Below, piece after piece: positions 1 to 8,976 of a stretch of DNA of 64,000 nt. This DNA comes from Nitrososphaerota archaeon (GTDB lineage: Archaea; Thermoproteota; Nitrososphaeria_A; Caldarchaeales; Calditenuaceae), in NCBI GenBank assembly GCA_033581555.1, contig JAVQSZ010000002.1, positions 128,001 through 192,000 of the forward strand. The letters run 5' to 3'. A model generated the notes under the pieces. The model saw only the letters and a list, made by a program, of their open reading frames with translations, had not been told where the DNA came from and did not search any database. The position numbers were made by a program, and so were the translations under genes. Each line of letters opens with the position of its first letter. The first letter of the stretch is position 1.

Positions 1-69
1 GAGAGGTGGAAGATCGTCCACGAACACCTCACGCCGCTAACGCGCCCCTTAGACGTCACCTCTCGGTGA
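1..69 (+). CDS. 3' end of a probable SnoaL/NTF2-like protein (partial)
   Basis: Frame 1 reads ERWKIVHEHLTPLTRPLDVTSR*; WKIVHEH is a typical C-terminal strand of SnoaL-like folds. Confidence 0.5.
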   Translation, partial: ERWKIVHEHLTPLTRPLDVTSR

Positions 70-442
70 GCCAGCCGATCACGCCCTCTGGGTCCTCGGT
101 CTCGACGTAGACGTCGATCCACCCGATCTCAGGTATCTCGTCCTCCTCGAGGAAGGAGACCGTCCCGACGTAGGCGGCCTGCTTGCTCAGGACCAGCCTC
201 ACGTAGCCCGTGCCGGAGTAGGACCTGATGATCCGCTCGGCCGCAGCCCTCACCTTCCTCCTCCTCAAGTTCTCCTTTAGGTACTTGAGAGAGGAGAGCT
301 GGTCGGACTCGCCGTAGACCTCGACAGACCCTCCCCTCTCCCTCACCTCGAATTTCACCTCGGGGAACAACCTCGAGACCGCGGCCAAGACCTTCCTCTG
401 GTCCTCGGTCGGCTTGACCTCCGCTACGATCCTCACCCTCAC
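56..442 (-). CDS. UPF0201/DUF54 putative RNA-binding protein
   Basis: N-terminal V.AEVKPTED..KV..AV..LFP and L.KQAAYVG.VSF motifs. Confidence 0.8.
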   Translation of the reverse strand: MRVRIVAEVKPTEDQRKVLAAVSRLFPEVKFEVRERGGSVEVYGESDQLSSLKYLKENLRRRKVRAAAERIIRSYSGTGYVRLVLSKQAAYVGTVSFLEEDEIPEIGWIDVYVETEDPEGVIGWLTER

Positions 443-504
443 GCGGCCTCCACGTGAAGCCCGCGACTAAAAGTCAAATGAGCGGTCTGGCCCAGCGGTG
501 GCCG

Positions 505-909
505 ATGGCGAAGTTCTCCGTCACGTTGAAAGGAAGGAGCGCGGACGCGACGGTCCACGCGGACAGCCTCGAAGAGCTCAGGTCGTTGGTAGCGGAGGTT
601 AAGGCCCTCCTCGACGAGCTCGACGGTCACGGTGCCGAGCCCGAGGCTCGAGCGTTGCTGGGGAAGAGGAGGGGGTCGTCGGAGGCGGCGCTAGCGCTCG
701 AGGCGATCGGGTCGCTGCTCGTGCCGAGGGGCTTCTTCGCAAAGCCCAGGAAGACCTCGGAGGTCAGGGATGAGATCGAGCGGCTTACCGGGCTGAAGCT
801 TCAGAGCAGGAAGGTGAGTCAAGCCCTGGGATACCTCTACAAGAGGGGCCGGCTCCGGAGGTTGGGCTCGAAGGGCGAGGACTCCTATGTCTCGGCTCAA
901 ACTAACTAA
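505..909 (+). CDS. Hypothetical protein with C-terminal winged-helix domain
   Basis: GFF..PR...EV...VSQAL.YLY.RG.L.R wHTH-like pattern; ATG at 505 preferred over 454. Confidence 0.55.
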   Translation: MAKFSVTLKGRSADATVHADSLEELRSLVAEVKALLDELDGHGAEPEARALLGKRRGSSEAALALEAIGSLLVPRGFFAKPRKTSEVRDEIERLTGLKLQSRKVSQALGYLYKRGRLRRLGSKGEDSYVSAQTN

Positions 910-932
910 CCGGCACCCTCGGAGAGGGACGC

Positions 933-999
933 GGGCAGGCGATGACTGGTTTGACCAGGTCCGAGCGGTGAGGTCCCACGGGACAGGTCGAGCCTGCCA
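933..999 (+). ncRNA. Box C/D guide sRNA (putative tRNA-Leu G18 and U44 2'-O-methylation)
   Basis: Terminal stem GGCAGGC/GCCTGCC, C box (GC)GATGA 939-945, D' CCGA 961-964, C' GCGGTGA 965-971, D TCGA 988-991. Confidence 0.65.
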
Positions 1000-1029
1000 T
1001 CCTTTATACGGGCGCTCGTTGACCTTGGA

Positions 1030-1410
1030 GTGATGTCGGAGGGCGATGACATCGAGCTGAGGCTGATCAGGTTGAGGAGGCTGAGTAGGCTGATGGCCTC
1101 GAGGGTGGCCCAGGAAGCGAAGACCGTCGATGACAAGAGGTCGGCCGTCGAGGAGCTGAAGGCTCATTTGGACGAGAGGGGGATCGAGGTGTTGGAGGAG
1201 GCCCGAGAGCTGAACCCGACTTTGGCCGAAAGAGTCGCGGAAGCGCTGCTGAACGCCGTGAGGGGCGGGAGGCTCGAGTCGCCCATCGATGCCGGCGCTC
1301 TCCTAAGGCTCTTCAGGTCATTAGGCCTCCCGGTCAGGCCATCGACGTCCGTTAAGGTCCTCAAGGACGGAGAGGTCAAGGACCTCAGCAAGTACCTCGC
1401 GGAGCGCTAA
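1030..1410 (+). CDS. Divergent PDCD5/TFAR19-like double-stranded DNA-binding protein
   Basis: D.EL..IR.RRL N-terminus, L.ERG.EVL..A, G.L..PID..ALL.L pattern. Confidence 0.6.
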   Translation: MMSEGDDIELRLIRLRRLSRLMASRVAQEAKTVDDKRSAVEELKAHLDERGIEVLEEARELNPTLAERVAEALLNAVRGGRLESPIDAGALLRLFRSLGLPVRPSTSVKVLKDGEVKDLSKYLAER

Positions 1411-1453
1411 TCGTCAACCCGCTCGAAAACGCTTAATCGCGCTCGGGACGTCG

Positions 1454-2851
1454 ATGACCGGTTTGGAGGGCTACAGCTCGCCTTCGAGCACAGACCTCGA
1501 GAGGCTCAGAAGGGTCCTGGGGCCGGAGGACGTCTCGACCGACCGGTACGACCTCATCACGAACTCGCTGGACGCCTTTCCCGGGGAGGTCCACTTACCC
1601 GACGCGGTCGTCTGGCCCGAGACCCCTGCGGAGGTCTCAGAGGTGCTGAGGCTCGCGAACGAGCGACGAATTCCGGTCTACGTCAGGGGCGCGGGCACCG
1701 GGCTCGCGGGCGCCTGCGTCCCGGTCTACGGGGGGATCGTGATGAACACGATGAAGATGAACAGGGTCCTCGAAGTCAGGCCCCTGGACTTCCAGGTCGA
1801 CGTTCAGCCAGGCGTGATCTACGACCAGCTCAACGCCCACCTCGCGCCCTACGGGCTCTTCTTCCCCCCTGACCCTGGAAGCAGCAGGTCCTGCACGATC
1901 GGCGGGATGATTGCGAACAACGCCTCGGGGCTGAGGGCGGTGAGGTACGGCGTCACGAGGGACTACGTCCTCTCGGTGGAGGTGGTGCTGCCCACGGGAA
2001 AGCAGATGCGTGTCGGGGTGAACGTCTTCAAGTCATCGATCGGGTACGACCTGGTCAGGCTGCTAGTCGGTTCGGAGGGGACGCTGGGGGTGATAACCGG
2101 CTCTACGCTGAGGCTGAGGAGGCTCCCGAGGCACAGGATGACCGTCGCGGCCTACTTCGACTCGATCGAAGGTGGAGTGTCGGCGATCGGCTCGATCAGG
2201 CAGGAGGGCCTTGAGCCGGCGGCGATCGAGTTCCTCGACAGGGTCCACCTCGAGCTGATCTCGGCGCACTCGAGCGTGCTCCTCCCGTCCCACGAGTGCA
2301 TGCTGATCCTCGAGTTCCACGGGTACTCGGCCAGCGGCGTGGGTGACGAGGTGAGGGCCGCCGCAGCCATACTCGGCGAGAGCGGCGCGGTCCTGGTCGA
2401 CCTCCCGAGGGACCCGGAGGAGGAGCAGCGGATTTGGGAGGCGAGGAAGGCGCTTTACCCCTCGGTGACTAGGGCCTGCAGGGCGCCGATAACTGGGGAC
2501 GTAATCGTCCCGCTCTCGAGGCTGATGGAGACGGTGATGAAGGCGTACGAGCTCGGCAGGAGATACGGCGTGAGGGTCGGAGTCGCAGGACACCTCGGCG
2601 ACGGGAACATTCACGCGAACTGGCTCACCGAAGGCCGCGACACCGATTCGTGGAAAAGGGCCTGGAGGGCTAACGCGGAGCTTGTGAGCTACGCGATCTC
2701 GGTGGGGGGCGCGGCCTCCGCGGAGCACGGCATAGGGATCGAGAAGAAGGAGTTCATGAGGGAGCAGCACGGCGACACCCTCGAGCTGATGCGGCGGATC
2801 AAGGAGCTCTTCGACCCCAACTGGATCCTCAACCCGGGAATAATGCTCTGA
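1454..2851 (+). CDS. FAD-linked oxidase, GlcD/D-lactate dehydrogenase family
   Basis: RGAGTGLAG, FFPPDPGS..SCTIGGMIANNASG, GHLGDGNIH, EHGIG, DP..ILNPG motifs. Confidence 0.9.
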   Translation: MTGLEGYSSPSSTDLERLRRVLGPEDVSTDRYDLITNSLDAFPGEVHLPDAVVWPETPAEVSEVLRLANERRIPVYVRGAGTGLAGACVPVYGGIVMNTMKMNRVLEVRPLDFQVDVQPGVIYDQLNAHLAPYGLFFPPDPGSSRSCTIGGMIANNASGLRAVRYGVTRDYVLSVEVVLPTGKQMRVGVNVFKSSIGYDLVRLLVGSEGTLGVITGSTLRLRRLPRHRMTVAAYFDSIEGGVSAIGSIRQEGLEPAAIEFLDRVHLELISAHSSVLLPSHECMLILEFHGYSASGVGDEVRAAAAILGESGAVLVDLPRDPEEEQRIWEARKALYPSVTRACRAPITGDVIVPLSRLMETVMKAYELGRRYGVRVGVAGHLGDGNIHANWLTEGRDTDSWKRAWRANAELVSYAISVGGAASAEHGIGIEKKEFMREQHGDTLELMRRIKELFDPNWILNPGIML

Positions 2852-2921
2852 GGACCATCCACGACAAGCCTGTTTATGTTCGCATACCGTTAAATCGCCG
2901 ACGTGCTGTTAAGTCTCAGAC

Positions 2922-3794
2922 ATGCTTTCAGCCCTGAAGTCCGGATGGGCCTGGGCTTCGGTCTTCGCCGCGGCACTAGTCCTGTCCTCGGTTCTGACCG
3001 TGGGCCTCAGCGAGCAGTCCTACTTCGTCTACGAGTACCGGCTTGAGCGCGCTGACGGACCGTCCGTCTCAGGGAAGCTGAGGGTCACCGCGACCGAGGT
3101 AGGCGAGGGGACGGTCAGGCTTAGGGTTGACTTCACCTTCAACGACGGCGTCGCGTCGCTCGAGAAGAACGTCCCCGCATCGGCCTTCATCGTCCCTACG
3201 CTGCCCGCTGACTTCTCGCCGGGCACCTTCAGCTACTCAAGGGGGAACTACTCGCTCCTCGTGACCGTCGAGGAGGTCGGAAGGGCCCAGAGACAGGTCG
3301 GAGGTAGGACTTACCAGACCGTGAGCTACTCGGTCAGGGCGGTCTCTGCAGTCGGCGGCGACCGGCGCACCGAGTTCACAGCGACGGTCGAGGCGATCGA
3401 GCCGTCTAGGGTGATCTACGCCCACTCGGCCTCGCTCGCGTCGGATGGCCGATGGTTGAAGTCCCTTGAGCTCAAGCTCACCGACTCGAACATCGACCTC
3501 GCTTCTGTCAGGCCTGCTGCTACCTCGTTCGCGGTCGAGAGGCTGCTGACCGTCCCCTACGCGTCCGGCGTCATCGAGGCGGGCTCGGGCATCGCGTCCT
3601 CTGGGTCTAACCCCTTGAAGCCTGTGGGTCCGGGAGCCTCGGTCGAGCAGGCCTCCCAGGACCAGGGCCTCAGGGTCGCAGCGGTCGGCGTCGCTGGCCT
3701 CGCAGCAGTAGCGGCGGTCGCGGTCCTCTCGCTGAGGGCCTCCAGGAGGACGGGTCCCGCTGACGCGGCTCTGGGGAAGCCTCATTACGTCTGA
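2922..3794 (+). CDS. Secreted, C-terminally membrane-anchored hypothetical protein
   Basis: N-terminal hydrophobic signal, beta-rich body, C-terminal TM helix followed by basic residues. Confidence 0.65.
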   Translation: MLSALKSGWAWASVFAAALVLSSVLTVGLSEQSYFVYEYRLERADGPSVSGKLRVTATEVGEGTVRLRVDFTFNDGVASLEKNVPASAFIVPTLPADFSPGTFSYSRGNYSLLVTVEEVGRAQRQVGGRTYQTVSYSVRAVSAVGGDRRTEFTATVEAIEPSRVIYAHSASLASDGRWLKSLELKLTDSNIDLASVRPAATSFAVERLLTVPYASGVIEAGSGIASSGSNPLKPVGPGASVEQASQDQGLRVAAVGVAGLAAVAAVAVLSLRASRRTGPADAALGKPHYV

Positions 3795-3806
3795 GGGCCC
3801 GAGGGC

Positions 3807-4745
3807 TTGGGAGCGGTCATAAGGGTCGAGTCTCTGGTCAAGGAGTACCGGGACGGAGGGAGGGTTGGGCCTATAACTCTCACCGTGGGTCAGTCGGAGG
3901 TCTACGGGCTCGTTGGCCCGAACGGCTCCGGGAAGACTACCACGCTGAGGGCGGTCCTGGGGCTCCTCAGGCCTACGTCAGGACGCGTCGAGGTCCTCGG
4001 CGCCGACCCTTTCGAGGACCCCAAGAGGGTCAACTCCCGCGTCGGTTACTCCCCGGAGCTCCCGACCTTCCCGGCCTTCTTCACCGCAAGGAAGCTGCTC
4101 GAGGTGACCTGCAGGCTGAAGGGCATGAGCCTCCAGGAGACGAAGAGGGAGGTCGAGAGGGTGCTCGACCTGACCGGGCTGGTCAGGCACGCCGACAGGA
4201 GGGTCGCTGGCTTCTCGAAGGGGATGATACAGAGGCTCTCAATCGGCCAGGCCCTCGTCGGCGACCCGGATCTCCTGATCCTCGACGAGCCGATGCTCGG
4301 GGTCGACCCGGTCGGGAGGGTCCACATCAGGGAAGTCCTGCAGGAGGAGAGGAGGCAGGGCAAGACGATCGTCTTCTCCTCCCACGAGCTGTACGAGGTC
4401 GAGAGGGTCTCCGACAGGGTTGCGATGGTCTACATGGGGAGGACCGTGCTCGAGGGGTCGGTCGCGGACCTGCTGAGACCGAGCGAGGACGTCGTCCTCG
4501 AGGTCAGGGTGAAGAGGCCGCCGGCCGACGGCGTGAGGAACGCCATTCTGAGGACTGAAGGGGTGAGGTCGCTGGAGATCGACGGCCAGGCCCTGAGGGT
4601 CGTATTCGATGGGTCGAGGGACCCGAGGGAGGAGATCGCGGACCTGCTGGTCAGGTCGGGTTGCGGGCTGCTCGAGATGAGGACGGCCCCGCCTTCGCTC
4701 GAGGACGTCTTCGTCAAGGTGGTCAGGGATGGCGTCCACTCTTAG
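3807..4745 (+). CDS. ABC-2 type transporter ATP-binding protein
   Basis: Walker A GPNGSGKTT, signature FSKGM, Walker B LILDEP, H-loop SSH. Confidence 0.92.
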   Translation: MGAVIRVESLVKEYRDGGRVGPITLTVGQSEVYGLVGPNGSGKTTTLRAVLGLLRPTSGRVEVLGADPFEDPKRVNSRVGYSPELPTFPAFFTARKLLEVTCRLKGMSLQETKREVERVLDLTGLVRHADRRVAGFSKGMIQRLSIGQALVGDPDLLILDEPMLGVDPVGRVHIREVLQEERRQGKTIVFSSHELYEVERVSDRVAMVYMGRTVLEGSVADLLRPSEDVVLEVRVKRPPADGVRNAILRTEGVRSLEIDGQALRVVFDGSRDPREEIADLLVRSGCGLLEMRTAPPSLEDVFVKVVRDGVHS

Positions 4746-5580
4746 GGCCCTGACGGTGCTCGTCGAGTACGAGTTATTGCGCAGTTTAGCGAGGCGCCGC
4801 GTGCTCCTCCTGCTGACAGCGACCCTGCTCCTCGAGGTCGCGATCTACTTCGTCCTCACGAGGCTCCCGCCCCTCTTCGTGAACCCGATAAGGCAGTATG
4901 CGTGGTCGGTCGGGCTGATCGCGCCCTCCACGGCCCTCCTTCACGTCCTCGCGATCACGATCGGCGCCTCGGCGTCCTCGGAGGAGTACGAGACCGGCAC
5001 GGCGGACTTCTGGTTCACGAGGCCGATCTCGAGGCTCGAGTATTTCGCGGGCAAGACGCTGGGAGGCCTGCTACTCCTCGGGTCCATCATAGCCCTATAC
5101 TCTTCGTTGGCCCTGGTCCTGTCCTGGTACGCCTTCGGCCCTCAGTCGAGGCTCGACGCCCTCGTCCTGGGCATCGCGGCCTCTCTCGCCTCCGCGGCGC
5201 CCTCGTTCGCGCTGGGCGTGGCGCTCGGCGAGCTGACCAGGAGGAGCATGATCGCGATACTCCTCGGCGGAATCCTCTTCTTCGGGTCGGTGCTGTTCCA
5301 GAGCTACGCGAACGTCGTCGCGGTCCTCAACAATGACAGGTCGCTCCTCGAGATCGCCTCCTACCTTCCCAGCTGGGGCGCGGTGGGCTACACGGTCACC
5401 GTGGTCTCTGAACTCCTGAACCTGCGCGGCTTCGCGGCAAGCTTCTTCGCGGCCGCTTCCGGGCTCACGCTCGTTGACGTCGGGAGGGCCCACCTCAGCA
5501 TCCTCGCGTACTCGGTCGCGCCCTTCCTCGCGGCCTGGTTCAGGCTCAGGTACGGCGACGTCACGAGGCGGTCTGCCTGA
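4729..5580 (+). CDS. ABC-2 family permease
   Basis: Six TM segments; EYETGT..FW.TRPISR.EYF.GK motif; overlaps ATPase gene end. Confidence 0.85.
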   Translation: MASTLRALTVLVEYELLRSLARRRVLLLLTATLLLEVAIYFVLTRLPPLFVNPIRQYAWSVGLIAPSTALLHVLAITIGASASSEEYETGTADFWFTRPISRLEYFAGKTLGGLLLLGSIIALYSSLALVLSWYAFGPQSRLDALVLGIAASLASAAPSFALGVALGELTRRSMIAILLGGILFFGSVLFQSYANVVAVLNNDRSLLEIASYLPSWGAVGYTVTVVSELLNLRGFAASFFAAASGLTLVDVGRAHLSILAYSVAPFLAAWFRLRYGDVTRRSA

Positions 5581-5623
5581 CCGGAATTTGGCTTAAATTC
5601 AGCTGATCCCTAGGGGCGTAGAG

Positions 5624-5779
5624 ATGTCGAAGAAGACCCTGCCCAAGAAGAAGAGGCTGGCCGCGGCGACGAAGAGGGCGAAGCCGGTCCCGGCGTGGAT
5701 AAGGCTGAGGACCGGGAACGAGGTGACGGTCAGCAGGAGGCAGAGGAACTGGAGGCGGTCCGCAAGCGTGAAGCCGTGA
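5624..5779 (+). CDS. rpl39e: 50S ribosomal protein L39e (not in ORF track)
   Basis: MSKKTLPKKKRLAAATKRAKPVPAWIRLRTGNEVTVSRRQRNWRRSASVKP; precedes rpl31e-aIF6 as in the conserved cluster. Confidence 0.92.
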   Translation: MSKKTLPKKKRLAAATKRAKPVPAWIRLRTGNEVTVSRRQRNWRRSASVKP

Positions 5780-5784
5780 GGTGA

Positions 5785-6054
5785 GTGAGGGTGACCGAGA
5801 GGAAGTGGGAGGTCACGCTGAACCTTAGGGACGCGTACGAGTCCAAGCGGTTGAGGAGGGCGAAGAGGGCGATCACCCTACTGAAGGAGAAGGCGAGGAG
5901 GATCGCGAAGGCGAAGAGCGTCGTGATCGACCAGTCCCTGAACGAGGTCTTCTGGAGCAGATCCGCATCAAGGCCGCCGAGGAGGCTCAAGGTCGTGATC
6001 GAGAAGGTCGACGACGAGACTGCTGAGGTCAAGCTGTCCGGTTCGGAGGGGTGA
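5785..6054 (+). CDS. rpl31e: 50S ribosomal protein L31e
   Basis: T.NLR, RRAKRA, ID.SLNE..W.R....PP.RLKV motifs. Confidence 0.92.
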   Translation: MRVTERKWEVTLNLRDAYESKRLRRAKRAITLLKEKARRIAKAKSVVIDQSLNEVFWSRSASRPPRRLKVVIEKVDDETAEVKLSGSEG

Positions 6055-6749
6055 ACCCCCTGGAGCGGGCCAGCGAGGCCCCTAGGGTCAGGGTCCTGGA
6101 CGTCTTCGGGACGCCATACGTCGGCCTCTTCGCCTCTTGCACGGAGAGGTTCGTCGTCGTCCCTTCGATCATGACCGAGAAAGACGCGGTGCTCCTCGGG
6201 GAGACGTTGGACGTCAGGGCTGTCAGGGGGTCCGTCGCTTCGAGCTTCCTGATCGGAGTGATGGTGGCCGGGAACTCGAACGGCCTGCTGCTCCCGTCGA
6301 TCGCGCTCGAGGAGGAGGTCGCGGGGATCCGGCGAGAGCTGCCTGAAGTCAGGGTTGATGTCCTGAGGAGCAGACTCACGGCCCTCGGGAACCTGATCGC
6401 TGTTAACAACAAGGGCGCGGTCGTCTCGCCGGACTTCACGCAGAGGGAGATCAGGGCGATCGAGGACGTCCTATCCGTCGAGGTCGTGAGGGGAACCGTG
6501 GCCGGGATGAAGACGGTCGGTTCGCTCACGGTCGTGACCGACCGGGTTGGGTTCGTCACCGTAGACGCCTCTGACTCCGACGTGGAGGTCCTCGAGGAGG
6601 CGCTCAGGGTCGAGTTCACGCGGGTGACGGTCAACGACGGTAGCAAGTTCATCAGGAGCGGGATGCTAGCGAACGGGAGGGCTGCTGTCGTGGGTAACAG
6701 GACCAGAGGACCCGAGCTGATGTTGATCTCCTCTGCGCTCGCCAGGTGA
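6051..6749 (+). CDS. eif6: Translation initiation factor 6 (aIF6)
   Basis: G.PYVGLF, GNSNGLL, ALGNLI.VN.KGA, TVN.G pentein repeats; synteny with rpl31e. Confidence 0.92.
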   Translation: MNPLERASEAPRVRVLDVFGTPYVGLFASCTERFVVVPSIMTEKDAVLLGETLDVRAVRGSVASSFLIGVMVAGNSNGLLLPSIALEEEVAGIRRELPEVRVDVLRSRLTALGNLIAVNNKGAVVSPDFTQREIRAIEDVLSVEVVRGTVAGMKTVGSLTVVTDRVGFVTVDASDSDVEVLEEALRVEFTRVTVNDGSKFIRSGMLANGRAAVVGNRTRGPELMLISSALAR

Positions 6750-6755
6750 AGTTAG

Positions 6756-6923
6756 TCAGTCCCCGCCGGTGAGGCACTTCCTGCAGACGCAGTCCTTCGC
6801 GAGCCTCGAGAGGAGCTCCAACCTCTCCGGGGGCACGAAGACCGACCCGCACCAGCAGTCCCCGTCCTCTAAGCCACACTCGAACATCTCACCACAGATC
6901 TCGCACCGCTTGGTCCTCGTCAA
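6756..6923 (-). CDS. Cysteine-rich CWC family small protein (not in ORF track)
   Basis: TTG start; MTRTKRCEICGEMFECGLEDGDCWCGSVFVPPERLELLSRLAKDCVCRKCLTGGD; CxxC..F.C..CWC...CxCxxC. Confidence 0.8.
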   Translation of the reverse strand: MTRTKRCEICGEMFECGLEDGDCWCGSVFVPPERLELLSRLAKDCVCRKCLTGGD

Positions 6924-7123
6924 GCTTGCCTCCTTCCCCCCGAGACTAACCTCCTCAAGAGCTCAACGTTCTCCGGGTGGACCGTCCTCCTCCTCACGTC
7001 TACCGTGATGCCGGCCTTACGTGCCTCTGAGACCGTCATCCCCGCGAGCTTGAGCTCGCCCCTCGAGAAGCCCCTCCCGACCCGCTCTTTGCGCCCGCCC
7101 GGGACGAGGACCCTTGCCCCCAA
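6920..7123 (-). CDS. rpl13e: 50S ribosomal protein L13e (short archaeal form)
   Basis: R.GRGFS.GEL..AG....AR..GI.VD.RRRT.H.ENV..L. Confidence 0.9.
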   Translation of the reverse strand: MGARVLVPGGRKERVGRGFSRGELKLAGMTVSEARKAGITVDVRRRTVHPENVELLRRLVSGGRRQA

Positions 7124-7133
7124 GTCCCGACCC

Positions 7134-7481
7134 TCACTCGAGGAGGTCGTCCTTGCTGAGCCTCACGATCTTGGTCTCCCTCTTCTTTGGCGTTAGCCGC
7201 TCGAGGAGCTCCCTCAGGACGTCGTCGGTCACCTGGCCCCTCAGCCTCCCGCTCTGGGCGAGCTGGATCAGGTACCGCTCGACCGCCTCCGCGAGGTCCG
7301 GCCGCGCCACCTTCACGTTCGCGAGCCTCTGCCTCGCCTCGGGCGTGAGTATCGCCCTCATGACCGCTGCCCTCTCGGCCTCCTCCTTCCTCTTCGCCTC
7401 CTCCGCGGCTATCCTCTGCTGTAGCTCGGCCATCTTCCTCCTCCTGATCTCCTCGAGCTCGGCGTCTTCCGGCGAAGCCAT
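7134..7481 (-). CDS. PDCD5/TFAR19 DNA-binding protein
   Basis: ELEEIRRRKMAELQ, ILTPEARQRL.NVK..RP.LA..VE..LIQLAQ.G; start ATG at 7481. Confidence 0.9.
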   Translation of the reverse strand: MASPEDAELEEIRRRKMAELQQRIAAEEAKRKEEAERAAVMRAILTPEARQRLANVKVARPDLAEAVERYLIQLAQSGRLRGQVTDDVLRELLERLTPKKRETKIVRLSKDDLLE

Positions 7482-7572
7482 CCCAGATCCCGACCCAGTC
7501 CGGTCCATTAAAGCTTTGACACCCCATCGGAGCGCGCTTAAGTTAAAAGGACACGGGCCCGCGCCGACCCAG

Positions 7573-8973
7573 ATGCCGGGCGACCTGCTGGTCTGGAAGT
7601 TCGGAGGGACCTCGCTGGGCGACGGCGAGAGGGTCCTCCGGGTCAGGTCGCTGATCGTGGACGGGTTGCGGTGGCACAGGCTTGTGGTGGTCTGCTCCGC
7701 GATGGGTGAGACGACCGACGTCCTCCTCAGCTCCCTCGAGAGGGCTGAGGCAGGGGACGTCGAGAGGGCAGAGGAGCTTCTCAGGGGACTAGAGAGGTCG
7801 CACCTCGAGGCGACCAGGAGGGCCGTGGAGGACAACGCGGTCAGGTCGGAGGTCGAGGGCTTCGTCAGGGAGAGGGTCGCGGAGCTCAGCAAGTTGGTCG
7901 GGAGCGTCGCGCTCCTGAGGGAGAGCACCCCGAGGACGAGGGACCTGATAGCCTCGTACGGCGAGAGGCTCTCAACCAAGATCGTTTGGGGCTCGCTGAG
8001 GAGCGCTGGAGTGAGGTCGGTCTACCTCGAGGGCCACGAAGCCGGCATAGTCACGGACTCGAACTTCGGGAACGCTTCGCCCCTGATGGACGTCACCTAC
8101 GAGAGGGTCAGGGAGAGGCTCGGTGGTCTGATTGGATCCGGATCGGTCCCAGTCGTGACCGGCTACATCGCTTCCACGCCGGAAGGCATCGTCACCACCC
8201 TCGGGAGGGGAGGCTCCGACCTCACGGCTACCGTCTTGGCATACTGCCTCGACGCGAAGGAGGTCTGGCTCTGGACGGACGTCGACGGCATGATGTCCGC
8301 GGATCCGAGGGTCGTCCCCACCGCGAAGGTCCTCAACAGGATCTCCTACGACGAGGCCGTCGAGATGGCCTACTTCGGCGCGAAGGGACTTCAGATCAAG
8401 ACGATCCTCCCCGCGAGGGAGAAGGGGATACCCATAAGGGTGAAGAACACTTTTAACCCGGACTCCGATGGGACGCTGATCTCGGGCTCTTCGGACCCCA
8501 GGGGTTCGGTAACCAAGGCAGTCCTGATGACGAAGAGGGTAGCCTCTGTGACGGTGAAGGGCGAGGTCCTCTCTGGCGGAGGCCTGGCCGCGAAGGTGCT
8601 ATCGGTCATAGACTCGATGGGGATCGAGGCGCTGATGGTCTCCCAGAGCGTCTCCAGCTCGTCGATCTCAGTCGTCGTGCCGAGGAGCCTCTCGAGGAAG
8701 GTCGCCGGGGAGATAAGGAGGGTCGTGATCTCCCAGTTGGGTGGCGGCGAGGTCGAGGTCGAGGACGACGTAGCGGCGATCGCGGTGATCGGCGAGGGGA
8801 TGAAGGGGACCCCTGGAGTGGCCAGCAGGGTCTTCGGCGCGGTCGCGTCGAGGGGAATCAACGTCAGGATGATCGCGCAGGGGTCCTCGGAGCTGAACAT
8901 ATCGTTCGTGGTCAAGGAATCCGACGCCGAGGAGGCGGTGAGGGCCGTCCACTCCGCCTTCTTCGGCCCCTGA
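7573..8973 (+). CDS. lysC: Aspartate kinase with C-terminal ACT domains
   Basis: KFGGTS, TTLGRGGSD, WTDVDG..SADPR, QGSSE.NISFVV; ATG at 7573. Confidence 0.92.
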   Translation: MPGDLLVWKFGGTSLGDGERVLRVRSLIVDGLRWHRLVVVCSAMGETTDVLLSSLERAEAGDVERAEELLRGLERSHLEATRRAVEDNAVRSEVEGFVRERVAELSKLVGSVALLRESTPRTRDLIASYGERLSTKIVWGSLRSAGVRSVYLEGHEAGIVTDSNFGNASPLMDVTYERVRERLGGLIGSGSVPVVTGYIASTPEGIVTTLGRGGSDLTATVLAYCLDAKEVWLWTDVDGMMSADPRVVPTAKVLNRISYDEAVEMAYFGAKGLQIKTILPAREKGIPIRVKNTFNPDSDGTLISGSSDPRGSVTKAVLMTKRVASVTVKGEVLSGGGLAAKVLSVIDSMGIEALMVSQSVSSSSISVVVPRSLSRKVAGEIRRVVISQLGGGEVEVEDDVAAIAVIGEGMKGTPGVASRVFGAVASRGINVRMIAQGSSELNISFVVKESDAEEAVRAVHSAFFGP

Positions 8974-8976
8974 GCC

